A DNA stretch of 64,000 nucleotides from Octopus sinensis (Eukaryota), in contig NW_021836301.1 in assembly GCF_006345805.1 (NCBI RefSeq), positions 7,186-71,185 on the forward strand, written 5' to 3'. The position numbers were made by a program, and so were the translations under genes. Below the pieces are notes generated by a model. That model was not told where the DNA came from. It saw only the letters and a list, made by a program, of their open reading frames with translations, and did not search any database. Of this stretch, positions 37,526-48,795 are shown piece after piece. How positions within the stretch are numbered: position 1 is the stretch's first letter; each line of letters starts with the position of its first letter.

Positions 37526-37935
37526 GGATCTTTTCGGTTTGAACGGCAGTTTTTTCTTGCGGTGTCATATGAAATTGTCACCCATAATTATAACCCTAGT
37601 ATCGATCTATTTTAGGGTTAGGGTTAATTAGGGTTAGGTGTGGAGGGAAGGGTATCTTTTTTTCTTCACAAATGTAAATAAACCCAATCTGTTTCTTAAA
37701 CGAGGGACATATTCATACGGCACAGAATGTTGTTTACCTCAATGGACGTCAGTGATTAGTTGAAATTGCAGAAATTGAAGAAAAAAACCCAAATATCTTA
37801 CAAACTATAAAATTTTCTCAATAAAGCCAAGAGAAAAAGATGTTTTATAAACACATTCTACCAGTATACGAAGTTTAAAATTTTTTAGTTACCTAGAAAT
37901 TATGTTAAAAACTGCCGTTCAAACCGAAAAGATCC
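37526..37935. mobile_element. 410-bp non-autonomous DNA transposon with perfect 28-bp TIRs and internal TTAGGG repeats
   Basis: GGATCTTTTCGGTTTGAACGGCAGTTTT at 37526-37553 and its reverse complement at 37908-37935. Flanks ACCAAATA/GCCAAATG match 6/8. TTAGGG copies lie at 37612-37638. Confidence 0.85.
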
Positions 37936-38371
37936 GCCAAATGTTCAACTCACAGCCTAACAGGGATTACATTTTCGTATCACCTCTCATAACATTGTTT
38001 CATATCTTCGTATCAGTTTCAAATTAGAGTTTCAAACTACACTTCATATTAAGGCGTACATCCGTCTTTGTATCTGCTGTAAAACATCAGCCATATTTCC
38101 TTCAAGTCATACCCTACTGGCTTAACAGTGTTTTGGTTTGAACGTCTTTGATCACAGGCCTACTCGTTCAGGACTGATTTGGGTTTACACAGCAACAGCC
38201 AATAAACTTTACTACGCAGAGGTAGGTAACATGGGGAACTATCGCAATTATCGTGGATTATGCTGCCGAAAATGGTACCAGCTGGCCGCGATTCCTCGTA
38301 AGAGTTGTATAAATGTCCTTCCATCTCCGGCCAGTTAGACAGTAAAGCTAGAGTGATATCCTGATTGTTAT

Positions 38372-38736
38372 ACTCTTACTCTTTTACTCTTTTACTTGTT
38401 TCAGTCATTTGACTGCGGCCATACTGGAGCACCGCCTTTAATCGAGCAACTCGACCCCGGGACTTATTTTTTGTAAGCCCAGTACTTATTCTATCGGTCT
38501 CTTTTTGCCGAACCGCTAAGTGACGGGGACATAAACACACCAGCATCGGTTGTCAAGCAATGCTAGGGGGACAAACACAAACATACACGCACACACACAT
38601 ATACATATATACGACGGGCTTCTTTCAGTTTCCGTCTACCAAATCCACTCACAAGGCTTTGGTCGGCCTGAGGCTATAGTAGAAGACACTTGCCCAAGGT
38701 GCCACGCAGTGGGACTGAACCCGGAACCATGTGGTT
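38372..38736 (-). mobile_element. Family-A SINE (head truncated), low divergence
   Basis: TACTCTTTTACTTGTTTCAGTC...GCCACGCAGTGGGACTGAACCCGGAACCATGTGG. Confidence 0.9.
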
Positions 38737-39835
38737 CATTGCGATCATGCGTTACTTCGTACGGTTTATCCACGGCGTGGAAGCACTTTGTGCCACACTG
38801 TATAACTTCATGTCACTTCGTATCACCAAGCTCTTCGTATCAATGCGTATCGCGACATACATCTTCATATCCTTTTCAATCGACAATATGTCGTTTCGTA
38901 TCGTGACGTCCATTATCATATGGCCATATTCCTCCGATTGCTAAAAGTCACAATGAGGTAGTAATGGTAAGGGCGGCGTCATAGGAAGAAGAGATCAAAC
39001 GGAAGTAGTCGCTTATCGATTTATCACTCCTCAAAGAAAAATCGCTGATGGATTCGATAAAACAAGGTTGTGAAATCCCGTTACAAATTGGATCAATCAG
39101 TCAATCAATCAATCATTAGACATTCGATATCGATCTATCTTTTATTGAATATCGCCCAATGGATGATCGTCTGCATATGTTTATCATACTGTCCATCGAC
39201 TAATCTTATCAATCAATCAATCTATCTATCCATCCATCTAAAAATGTGTGCGCATGCGCGTGAGAGAGAGAGAGAGAGAGAGTGTGTGTGTGTGTGTATT
39301 TACGAATATTGGAACATAAATGGATCCTCATTCGTTTCATTACTGAGTGCTCAGATATTCGCTCAACAAATCTACCAGCTCTTCTCATGAAAGAAACTGA
39401 GTATTATTTCCAATTAGAAAGTGTACCTTTAACATAATTCTCAAGTAGAATCAGCGTGGTACACACACAGCTTATGACAAAACTGGACTTTTGTATTACA
39501 GGCACAAAAAATCTGACGGGCTTCTGCATAGTTTCCGTCTATCCATCTTAACGCACAAAGCTCAAGTTAACTGGAAGCCTTGGGTGGGGTGGGGTAAAAA
39601 ACACTGCAGATACGGAGAAACGAGATCGAATTCTTCTCACTGTGTTACACAACTCAAGGCAATGAGAAAAGATATTAAAAAAAAAAGTAAAACAAAATAC
39701 ATCCCCGAAGCCGTTAACTAGAGCCGAACCTAGCACCTTCATGACTAAAATACCCACTAACTTCCTAAACCATTCGGCCATGCGGTATCACTTGATTACA
39801 AGTAGATTATCATACTTTCAGGACTGCTTTTTTCT

Positions 39836-40211
39836 CTTTCTTTTATTTGTTTCAGTCATTTGACTGCGGCCATGCTGAAGCACCGCCTTTAGTCGAACAA
39901 AACGACTCCAGAACTTATTTTTTGTAAGCTTAATACTTATTCTATCGGTCGCTTTTGCCGAACCGCTAAGTTACGGAGACAGAAACACACCCACATCGAT
40001 TGTCAAGAGATGGTGGGGGTACAAACACACACACATTATATATATATATATACGACGGGCTTCTTTTCAGTTTACGTCTACCAAATCCGCTTACAAAAGC
40101 TTCAGTCGGGAGGCTATAGCAGAAGACATTTGTCCAAGGTGTCACGCAGTGGGACTGAACCCGGAACTATGTGGTTGGCAAGCAAGCTACATACCACAAA
40201 GCCACTCCTGC
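39836..40211 (-). mobile_element. Family-A SINE, full length
   Basis: Ends ACCACAAAGCCACTCCTGC, the reverse complement of the A head. Confidence 0.9.
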
Positions 40212-40559
40212 GCCTCTTTTTTTCTTTCTTTTCTTAGAAATTTTTCAACTTTTATTTTTTAACTGCAAAAAAAAAAAACCCCAAGAAACATCACTTCAGT
40301 TTAATAAAAAAAGATTTACAACCTATCCTCAATCTCTCTCCCACTCACTCACTCACACACACACATACACACAGAGTATTTTTTTTTTAAATTATTTATT
40401 ACCAAAGTTTTCATTTTTGGAGAAGATTATTTTCTAACACACTGCTGCTTTGCAATACTTTTTTAGGAAATTCATCTGGGCAATCCTGAGTTGTGTATCC
40501 AGGCAGCATATATAGAAACACACTTAGATACACGTAAGTATAAATACACACACACACAC

Positions 40560-40706
40560 GCGTCCGATGAAGGCGAGCAGGCCGATACTTCGAAGTCACA
40601 GTCACTCGCCTTCTTGTAAAAGTTTAATATAAACATGTACAGTACCAAAACAGTTTCTAGTAATTCTTCAGTTTAATGGTAAATTGTTTTTATTAAAACT
40701 TGACAT
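40560..40706 (+). mobile_element. Family-F repeat with hammerhead-like motif at 40560-40601
   Basis: GCGT|CCGATGA|A|GGC-GAGCAG-GCC|GATA|CTTCGAAG|TC|ACAG. GAAA is mutated to GATA in this copy. Confidence 0.6.
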
Positions 40707-40737
40707 TAAAAAAAAAAACGAAAAAAAGAAAAAAACA

Positions 40738-41081
40738 AGCGTGGCTGCGTGGTAAGAAGATTGCTTCCTAACCACGAGTCCGGGTTCAATCCCATTGCGT
40801 GGTGCCTTGAGCGAGTGTCTTCTATTAGAGCCCCAAGCCGACCAAAGCCTTCTGAGTGGATTTGATAGACGGAAACTGGAAGAAGTCCGTCGTGTATAAA
40901 GCTAATAGTGAAATATTATCACTCTGGGCAAAATACATCATATGCTCTGTTGGCCCACCAGGCTAACAATATTATTTAGTTTAAGGAAGAATTCTCAAGT
41001 ATTCTTACGGCAGGGTCCAATGCTAGGATCCTATCACAATTCTATATTGTAAATCTCTTTCTCTAACACACACACACACAC

Positions 41082-41113
<32 letters not shown>

Positions 41114-41372
41114 CACGTGTGTGAGTATGTGTCTGTCTTTGTGTATATCCTATCACCACCGCTTGACAACCGATGTTGGTGTGTTTACGTCCCTGTAACT
41201 TAGCAGTTTGGAGCAAAAGAAAGCAACAGAATAAGTACCAGGCTTTACACACACACCCACGCGCGCGCAATACTAAGTACTGGGGTCGATTTCTTCGACT
41301 AAAATTCTTCAAGGTAGTACCCCAGCATGGCCGCAGTCTAATGACTGAAACAAGTAAAAGATGAAAAATAAA
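40738..41372 (+). mobile_element. Family-A SINE split by about 190 bp of other sequence at its internal microsatellite
   Basis: 5' half at 40738-40895 and 3' half at about 41090-41372. Confidence 0.75.
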
Positions 41373-42145
41373 CCCTTTGAGTGTGTGTTTGCTTACGTTT
41401 CTATATGATTCGTATTCCGAGTTCAAATCACGGACGAGCGTGGAGTGAGTGTAGGCGAACAGAAAAGACGGAATATCGTCGAAGTCGCATTATACTTTTT
41501 CATCGATAATTTTACAATTAAAGTAAATACTACTTGTAAAATTACCCAGTCGTTACAAAGAGTAATTAAATATATATTTATATACAATACTTAAAAATAT
41601 GTATATACATACATACATGAACACATAAATACATACACACATACATCCATAATAAATATATATGATTATTTGCTTCTGATGTGCGCCTTTGATGTTATGA
41701 AATAGACAATATGTCTACGCTATTATTATATTATTATTATTATATTATTATTATTGTTGTTGTTATTGGCATTTCTCAATATTTAAATACTTTCTATGAA
41801 ATTCTTCAGCATTTATGAAATTGTTCACCTTCTGAAGAAATGGTACTCATTAATTTAGCACCGGCTAAAACAATAAGCAACGGATGTAATGAATTAATTA
41901 ATCACCATCTTCTTTTTTCCCTTCTTATTTAATCATTATGTGTCTATGTATGTATAGTACGTAATCATGTCATGTATGTGTGTGTGTGTGTGTGTGTGAA
42001 TATACATGCATGTATGCGTGTGTGTCTTTCATCTTTTAATTGTTTCAGTCATCTGAATGTGGTCATGCTGGGGCACCGCCATGAACAAATAGAATGCAGG
42101 ACATTATTATTATCATTATTATTATTATCATCATTATTGTTATTA

Positions 42146-42378
42146 AGGCGGTGAGCTGGCAGAATCGTTAGCACGCCGGGCGAAATGCTTAGCAGTAGTA
42201 TTTCGCCCGTCGCTACGTTCTGAGTTCAAATTCCGCCGAGGTTAACTTGTCTTTCATCCTTTCGGAGTCGATTAAATTAGTACCAGTCACGCACTGGGGT
42301 CAATGCAATTGACTTAATCCCTTCCCCCAAATTTGAAGCGTTGTGCTTCCAGTAGAAGGGATTATTATTATTATTATT
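42146..42378 (+). mobile_element. Family-B SINE
   Basis: AAGGCGGTGAGCTGGCAGAATCG head and (ATT)n tail. Confidence 0.88.
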
Positions 42379-42383
42379 GTGGA

Positions 42384-42550
42384 AGCCATCTACTCGCAAT
42401 ACCAGAGGGCACATACTCTCCTACCCTGATGTAATCTCCAGGGATACAGGCATCCAGCAACAGGACCTCCGTAATGCTATGATGGACCGTGAAGTCGCGT
42501 AGCATGGTAAATTCCATTGTCTCGACCACGGTCGAACAATGATGATGATG
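42384..42550 (+). pseudogene. RTE-clade LINE ORF2 C-terminal remnant with (GAT)n tail
   Basis: Reads (W)KPSTRNTRGHILSYPDVISRDTGIQQQDLRNAMMDREV, then after a small deletion RSMVNSIVSTTVEQ*. This is the RTE-type RG...Y.D....DTG....L...M.DR..WR pattern. It is flanked by ATTATTGTGGA at 42373-42383 and 42551-42561. Confidence 0.8.
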
Positions 42551-42556
42551 ATTATT

Positions 42557-42832
42557 GTGGAGGTGCAATGGCCCAGTGGTTAGGGCAGCGGACTCGCGGT
42601 CGGAGGATCGATTCCCAGACCAGGCGTTGTGTGTGTTTATTGAGCGAAAACACCTGAAGCTCCACGAGGCTCCGACAGGGGGTGGTGGCGACCCCCGTTG
42701 TACTCTTTCGCTCCAACTTTCTCTCACTCTTTCCTCCTGTTTCTTGAGTAGCGCTGCGATGGACTGGCGTCCCGTCCAGCTGGGGGGGGGGGGCACACAC
42801 GCCACAGAAAACGGGAAACCGGGAAAAGGGCA
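42557..42832 (+). mobile_element. tRNA-derived SINE, head alpha + tail Y
   Basis: The alpha head/body ends CCTGTTTCT and continues TGAGTAGCGCTGCGATGGACTGGCGTCCCGTCCAG. Confidence 0.85.
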
Positions 42833-42869
42833 TAAATAAACAAAACAAAAAAATTATTATTATTAAGAC

Positions 42870-43465
42870 TGCCGTTACGTTCAGAGTTCTAATTCCGCCG
42901 AGGTCGACTTTGCCCTTCATCCTTTCGCAGTCAATGGAATAAATACCAGTTATGCACTAGGGATCGATGTAATAGACTCATCTCCACCTCCCCCAAGCTG
43001 TTCTTGTGGCAAACATTTAAAATAATATTAGTTATTATTATTATTATTAAGGCAGAGAGTTGGCAGAATCGTTAATACGCCTGGTGAAATGCTTAGCGGT
43101 ACCTCGCTTGTCGCTACGATCTGAGTTCAAATTCCGCTGAGGTCGACTTTACTTTTCATCCTTTCCGGATCGATAAATTAAGTACCAGTGAAACACTGGG
43201 GTCGATGTAATCGACTTGTCCCCTCCCTCAAATTTCAGGCCTAGTAGAAAGGATTATTATTATTATTATGGCGAACTGGCAGAATCGTAGGCACGCCGGA
43301 CGAAACGCTACGTTCTGAGTTCAAATTCTGCTGAGGTCGACTTTACCTTTCATCCTTTCGGGGTCGATAAATTAAGTACCAGTGAAACACTGGGGTCGAT
43401 GTAATCGACTAGTCTCCTGCCCCAAGATTTCATGGCCTTGTGCCTTCAGTAGAAAGGATTATTAT
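42870..43465 (+). mobile_element. Chain of three family-B SINEs
   Basis: Each copy starts in the (TTA)n tail of the previous one. Confidence 0.88.
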
Positions 43466-43493
43466 TTTTTCAGTTCTATATTTAATTGCCCAC

Positions 43494-43740
43494 GGGCATA
43501 TGGCGTAGTGGTTAAGAGCGCGGGCTACTAACCCCAAGTATTCCGAATTTGATTCCAAGCAGTGACCTGAACAAGAATAATAATACTAATAATAATAACA
43601 TTTAAAAATACCTTAGGAATGAGAACCCAGGTTCGAAATTTCCCCAAGACAACTGAAGAAGGCTGGAGGGTATATCAGCCGAAACGTCGTGATAACAACA
43701 AACAAGATGAGGACAAATATCCGTCGAATGTAAATAATGT
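43494..43740 (+). mobile_element. tRNA-headed SINE-like element carrying a hammerhead-like motif
   Basis: A-box TGGCGTAGTGG and degenerate B-box GAATTTGATTCC, then (AAT)n, a hammerhead-like fold at 43648-43693 and the 3' end AATGTAAATAATGT. Confidence 0.7.
43648..43693 (+). ncRNA. Minimal type I hammerhead-like motif with canonical core
   Basis: GACAA|CTGAAGA|A|GGCTG-GAGGGTATAT-CAGCC|GAA|AC-GT|C|GTGAT: canonical CUGANGA and GAAA, 5-bp stem II and a GUC triplet. Stem I has 2 mismatches in this copy. Confidence 0.6.
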
Positions 43741-43774
43741 GTTTTTTTTTTTTTTGTTTTAAGTCCGTTACTTT

Positions 43775-44040
43775 TTCTCTCGGTGTCTTTTGCTGCACCG
43801 CTATGTTTATGAGGACGTAAAGAAACCAACATCGGTTGAGAAGTGGTGGGAGGGAGGACACACACACTCACATACCAATATATATTATATATATACGACG
43901 GGCTTCCATACAGTTTTCCGCCTACCAAAGTCATTTACAAGGAAATGGTCGACCGGGGACTATAGTAGAAGTCACTTGCCAAAAGTGACGAACAGTAAGA
44001 ACTGAACCCGAAACCGACCGGTTTGCAGAACGAGCTTCCT
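43775..44040 (-). mobile_element. Family-A SINE (partial)
   Basis: ACGACGGGCTTCCATACAGTTTTCCG...GAACTGAACCCGAAACC. Confidence 0.75.
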
Positions 44041-45284
44041 TAGACCACACACATAACACGCGCGCAGGTATGTATGTGTGTGTGTGTGTTAGTGCGATAT
44101 GTTGTTCTTTAATAACAGAACGCAATGTGTGAGATTTGATAATATCGATTTGTTTACATTGGCACAAGTCTGCTTATTGACAGTTACAAAAAGACGTATT
44201 GATTTTGAATCGATGTTCACATTAGCTACTGGTACTTTTTGGTATGTAATTAAATTCACCTGTGAGTGATTTATAAAAGCCAGTGTGGGCCACAGCGAGA
44301 TCGAACGCGAATATGTAACATAATATTAATACATTACACACACACACACACGGTAAGATATAATATTTGGTAATTCTGCATAAGTACCCGGAGATTTGGC
44401 TATGCATATATATGTATATATATGTACGTGTGTATATATAATTAGGCAATCAATCGAATACTTTCATTTCTCGGCAGATATATATATTACAAATTCGGTT
44501 ATTACAATCACGGATATTGTTATCAGATTGTCCCAATATGATCACAATAGTTGAATGTTTACATTATAAATGCATTGCGTGTATAAGTATACACACACAC
44601 GTTTATTCTTTCAAATTTGAGTGCTGTGTGTGTGTGTGTGTGTGTGTGTATGCATGGGAAAGAGTTTGTTCAGCGAAGAGCCTTCTTTTTACTTTCGACA
44701 GGTTAAAAGGTTTTTCAGTATATACGATGCTAAGTTATAATTCACTCTCTCTTTCTCTCTCTTCCTCGGTTAAACGTGTGTGAAGGACAGAGAAAAAAAA
44801 GAGAGAGAGAGAAGTGTCTTTGTAATAAAAACTTATAGACTTATATGATAATGGGTTGTTGATATACATTTCTCTCTTTCTTTACATATATCCATGTATG
44901 TGTTTGTGTGTGTTGACAAAGTTAACAGGGTGAATATTAATAAAAAAATAATGGTTATGACGTGTCACTTCTTGAACTATATACACAGTGTAACAAGGAA
45001 ATAAAAAAGTTCATGTTATTAGAACTTAATTTTATTTTGTGCTGCAGTATATATATTGTATTTAAGCAGTTTTCTTTTTTTTTAAGCCAAGAAAACAAAA
45101 CAAAAAATTGGCTTAACTTCGATTAAACGGACGTTAGGGGACAAATATCGTATATATTCATGAACATATCTTCTCTATTAGTCGAGAGTATATTGTTTGT
45201 GTGTGTGTGTACGTGTTTTCTTTAGTTACTTCGTTTTAACCATCAAAAACCACTAAGGCCATACTGGAGTATGTATCAATGTTT

Positions 45285-45830
45285 CACATAAAAAAAAATT
45301 TCAACGCTTAATATCATAAGGTGAACGATGAATGCAAGGAACTAAATAATCAATTATTATATGGTTGTTGTTGTTGTTGACAAGCCCCAAGTCAATCTTG
45401 ATCAAGAAAACTTATCATCAAAGACATTCCCGCCGAGAACTTAACCGTTTTTTTACCCAAGTCACACAATACACTTTACGACACAAGTTCAGTTTTTGAT
45501 AAAGTCTGTCGCATTTTTTTTTCCTTTTTATTTTTATGACGGTAGAAGTTTCCTTTCAATTTTTCTTTGTGGAAAAATCGTGGCTACTATTTCCAGCGGG
45601 GTCTTTTCTGTTGCTGATGTATATAAAATCAGACTGAAGAATAAACGAACGAGGGGTCGTGTAAAGATCTGTTGAAAGACCCAAGTTAGGACATAATACA
45701 ATCAAAGCATTAGTCAAACTCATTCTCTCTCTCTCATGTACACACACACATACATAAACGTGTGTATACAACATACAAACTTAATATACGAAGCTAACTA
45801 ATGACCCAACTTACAGAACAACTTGGCATA
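45285..45830 (+). repeat. About 500-bp segment paralogous to about 53020-53480
   Basis: Shared exact blocks CCCAAGTCACACAATACAC, CTTTGTGGAAAAATCGTGGCTACTATTTC and TGTATATAAAATCAGACTGAAG, offset by about 7.7 kb. Confidence 0.75.
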
Positions 45831-45957
45831 ATAAAAATGTATCATCATCATCATTGTTCGACCCTGGTGTCATGGACACCATTATACACACGTACCAAAT
45901 ACATATACAAACATACACATATGTGATGTATAAATATGCACATACGTATATATATAT

Positions 45958-45991
<34 letters not shown>

Positions 45992-46737
45992 GGTAAACAG
46001 TAAAAATAATTACAGACATGGACAAGAACATGAAACACCACAGAGACGACACAAGAACCACAGGACGGGACATTCGAAGCCCTCAGTCATCAGTCAAGAA
46101 CCAGATCATCTTAGCAATTTCGGCTGATATATATATATATAGACAAGTATGTATATACATACACGTGTGTGTGTGTGTGCATACACACATCACAACATTC
46201 ACAAGCAAGAAAGCTTTTGAGATCTATTCGTTTTATCGCAATATTTTCATACGCCGTGAAAATTTTCGGATCCACCCGAAATCAAGAAAACTCCCACCCA
46301 TTAAAAAAACATCATTGCGTTGTCTAAAAATAAAAGCATAGAAATGATTCACTCTTATGGATTTTGAACCCCCCCTCCCCACCATACACACACACACACA
46401 AATACTGCATATATTGTATATTAAAAACGTCGAGGTGTAATATGAAAGAAATTCGATCAGCAGTCGTGGGTGTACAGGGTTCGGTCCCATTACGTGATTT
46501 TTAGTTTTCCAGTTTAACCCACGGTTGACCAAATACATTGTTAGTGAAATTTGATAGGCGGACACTATAGACTGACGTGTAGATAGCCATATGTATGTGC
46601 GTAGTAGTAGTAGTAGTAGTAGTAATAATAGTAATAATAATAATAGTAGTAATAATAATAATAATAATAATAATATTAATAATAATAATTCTATATATGT
46701 ACGCGCGTGTGTATGCATTATCAGAACAAACACACAG

Positions 46738-46965
46738 CGGCGGGCTGGCAGAAACGTTAAACACGCCGGGCAAAAATGCTATGCAGAATGTCGTTCGTCT
46801 TTACGTTCCGAGTTCAAATTCCGCCGTGGTCGACTTTACCTTTCATTCTTTCGGAGGTCGATAAAATAAGTACCAGTTGAGTACTGGGGGGGTCGCTGCA
46901 ATCGACTTACCCCCCTCCCCGAAATTACTGGCCTTGTGCCAAAATTTGAAATCATTAGTAGAACA
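46738..46965 (+). mobile_element. Family-B SINE
   Basis: Complete head, central domain and GGCCTTGTGCCAAAATTTG tail. Confidence 0.88.
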
Positions 46966-47086
46966 AACACAACAATTAGTAAAAATTTCCAATAAAACTT
47001 TATAATCAAAAATCTACGTAAACCTGTATGTAGGTATGAATTTCAATGCAGATATTTATGTATCAATTTATGTATGAATTCACATA

Positions 47087-47317
47087 CACGGGGGGGGGGG
47101 GTGTTAAAAATTTCCTAGCTCTAAGGCTATCGCAAAAGGCTTGGTTGGCTAGAGGCCCAACTGTCCGAGTTCTTTTAAAAGGGCTTAGAAAAGCTGAATG
47201 ACCACTAAAATATGTATGTGGATCTGAGAGGGGAAAAATTGCTGGATAAAATCGTAATTAACAGATCCTCCTGCATTTTCTTTTATCCGAAGTCAAGAAC
47301 TTTTCAGCACCCCTTTG
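47087..47317. mobile_element. Tc1/mariner-type MITE
   Basis: Left TA|CACGGG...GTGTTAAAAATTTCCTAG versus the right reverse complement AAAGGGGTGCTGAAAAGTTCTTGAC, a mariner-like TIR. Confidence 0.6.
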
Positions 47318-47337
47318 TGAATGTGTGTATAAAGGGT

Positions 47338-47673
47338 AAAGACCCCCTTCGGTCATGAATGACCATGGGATTGCACCTAGAAAGTTACCCTCCTACCCTC
47401 CTAGACACAAGTCCGGGCAAGGTGGTTTTATGGAAGGCCAGTAGTCGCCCATGCATACGGGTCTCTCCTCTCCACGCCACCAGTGTTATCCAAGGGAAAG
47501 ACAAAGGTCGATACAGCTTGGTACCAGTGATGTCGCAACTCATTTCTACAGCTGAGTGAACTGGAGCAACGTGAAATAAAGTGCCTTGCTCAAGAACGCA
47601 ACACGCAGCCCGGTCCGGGATTCGAGCTTACAACCTCACGATCGTAAGCTCGACGCTCTAACCACTGAGCCAT
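47338..47673 (-). mobile_element. tRNA-derived SINE, head beta + tail Z
   Basis: Reverse-complement head GGCTCAGTGGTTAGAGCGTCGAGCTTACGATCG, beta core, and tail ending CATTCATGACCGAAGGGGGTCTTT. Confidence 0.85.
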
Positions 47674-47968
47674 AAGGAGAGATTATTTACCAGTCAGTCA
47701 GAAGTAACTAACGAGGACTGGTACACTTTAGGCGATTAAAATCAAGGGCACAAATAAGAGAAGCGGTAACTTAAGTGGCGAAGAAAGACAACGGGATTAA
47801 ATTCCAGTCAGATGGCTTTAAAAGGAGAGAAAAAATCGATAGCATGAAAAGAAACTTTGACAGAAGTTGACGGAGATGCGTTGCTATTGTTGCTTCTTAG
47901 CACAAAGACAGACCTGACCAAGAAGACTTATGATGAAAGGCATTCCAGCAAGTGACCGCCCCATCATC

Positions 47969-48003
<35 letters not shown>

Positions 48004-48388
48004 GGCAATCTTTCGTCTCTAGTAGACCTTTCCGTCGATTTCCGTAAAAAAAATTTTTTTTTTTTTACATATGGGCTTGCGGGAACTTTTGAAGTAATGA
48101 GAGCGAAAGAGACTAAGAGAAAGCGATTGTATGACGAGGGAAGTTCTTTTGAAGTTACCGAAGCATTGATGAACATGTGTGTGTGTGTTTGATGGGGTGT
48201 GGGAGACAGACAGTATGTTGTGTAAGTGAAGTGCTTCTGTTAGTGTGTGTGAAAGAGAGAGATAACTGAAATTTTTTACTCGGTGTATGTGTATATATTA
48301 CTTCAAAAGTTCCCGCAAGCCCATATGTAAAAAAAAAAATTTTTTTACGGAAATCGACGGAAAGGTCTACTAGAGACGAAAGATCGCC
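48004..48388. mobile_element. Young MITE with about 93-bp TIRs
   Basis: 48004-48098 versus the reverse complement of 48297-48388 differ by 1 substitution plus homopolymer length. It is flanked by TA on both sides within a (TTA)n tract. Confidence 0.9.
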
Positions 48389-48795
48389 TATTATTATTTA
48401 CAGGGAACTAAGGAGCGCATTATACAACGTTTATTTAAGGCGCTGCTAGGAGGTGCTATTCGATGAAGACTTTGATTACTATTTCTAGTACAGCAAGCGA
48501 CCACGTAGAAGCTCCAAAGCGTGCACGGGGACATTAGCATGTATATAAAGACAGAAAGAGGGAAACAGTGACATAGAAAATGAGCTTGAAATCAGGCGCG
48601 CATGCGCGCGTATCTATGGAGACCAGTAGAAGGAAACCGGGTTCTCTTCAAAGCATTTTCCTTCGATGTAGAAGGGAGTGCATAGAGTTCAATATACTGG
48701 TAGTATGCGGAGCGATTGTAATCGCATTAAGATGTGCGTGCGTGCGTGTGTGTATATATATATATGCATGTATGTATATATATATGTGTGTGTGT

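Noticed and set aside
37612-37638. True telomere or chromosome end
   Set aside because: Only about 4 units, internal to a TIR element.
38770-38945. Minus-strand exon (QSEEYGHMIMDVTIRND...)
   Set aside because: The sequence is a degenerate GATACGA-type minisatellite and has no convincing donor.
48596-48612. NRF1-like GCGCATGCGC sites (also about 9737, 14471, 39250)
   Set aside because: They sit in or beside decaying (TG)n/(CG)n dinucleotide tracts and are expected by chance.
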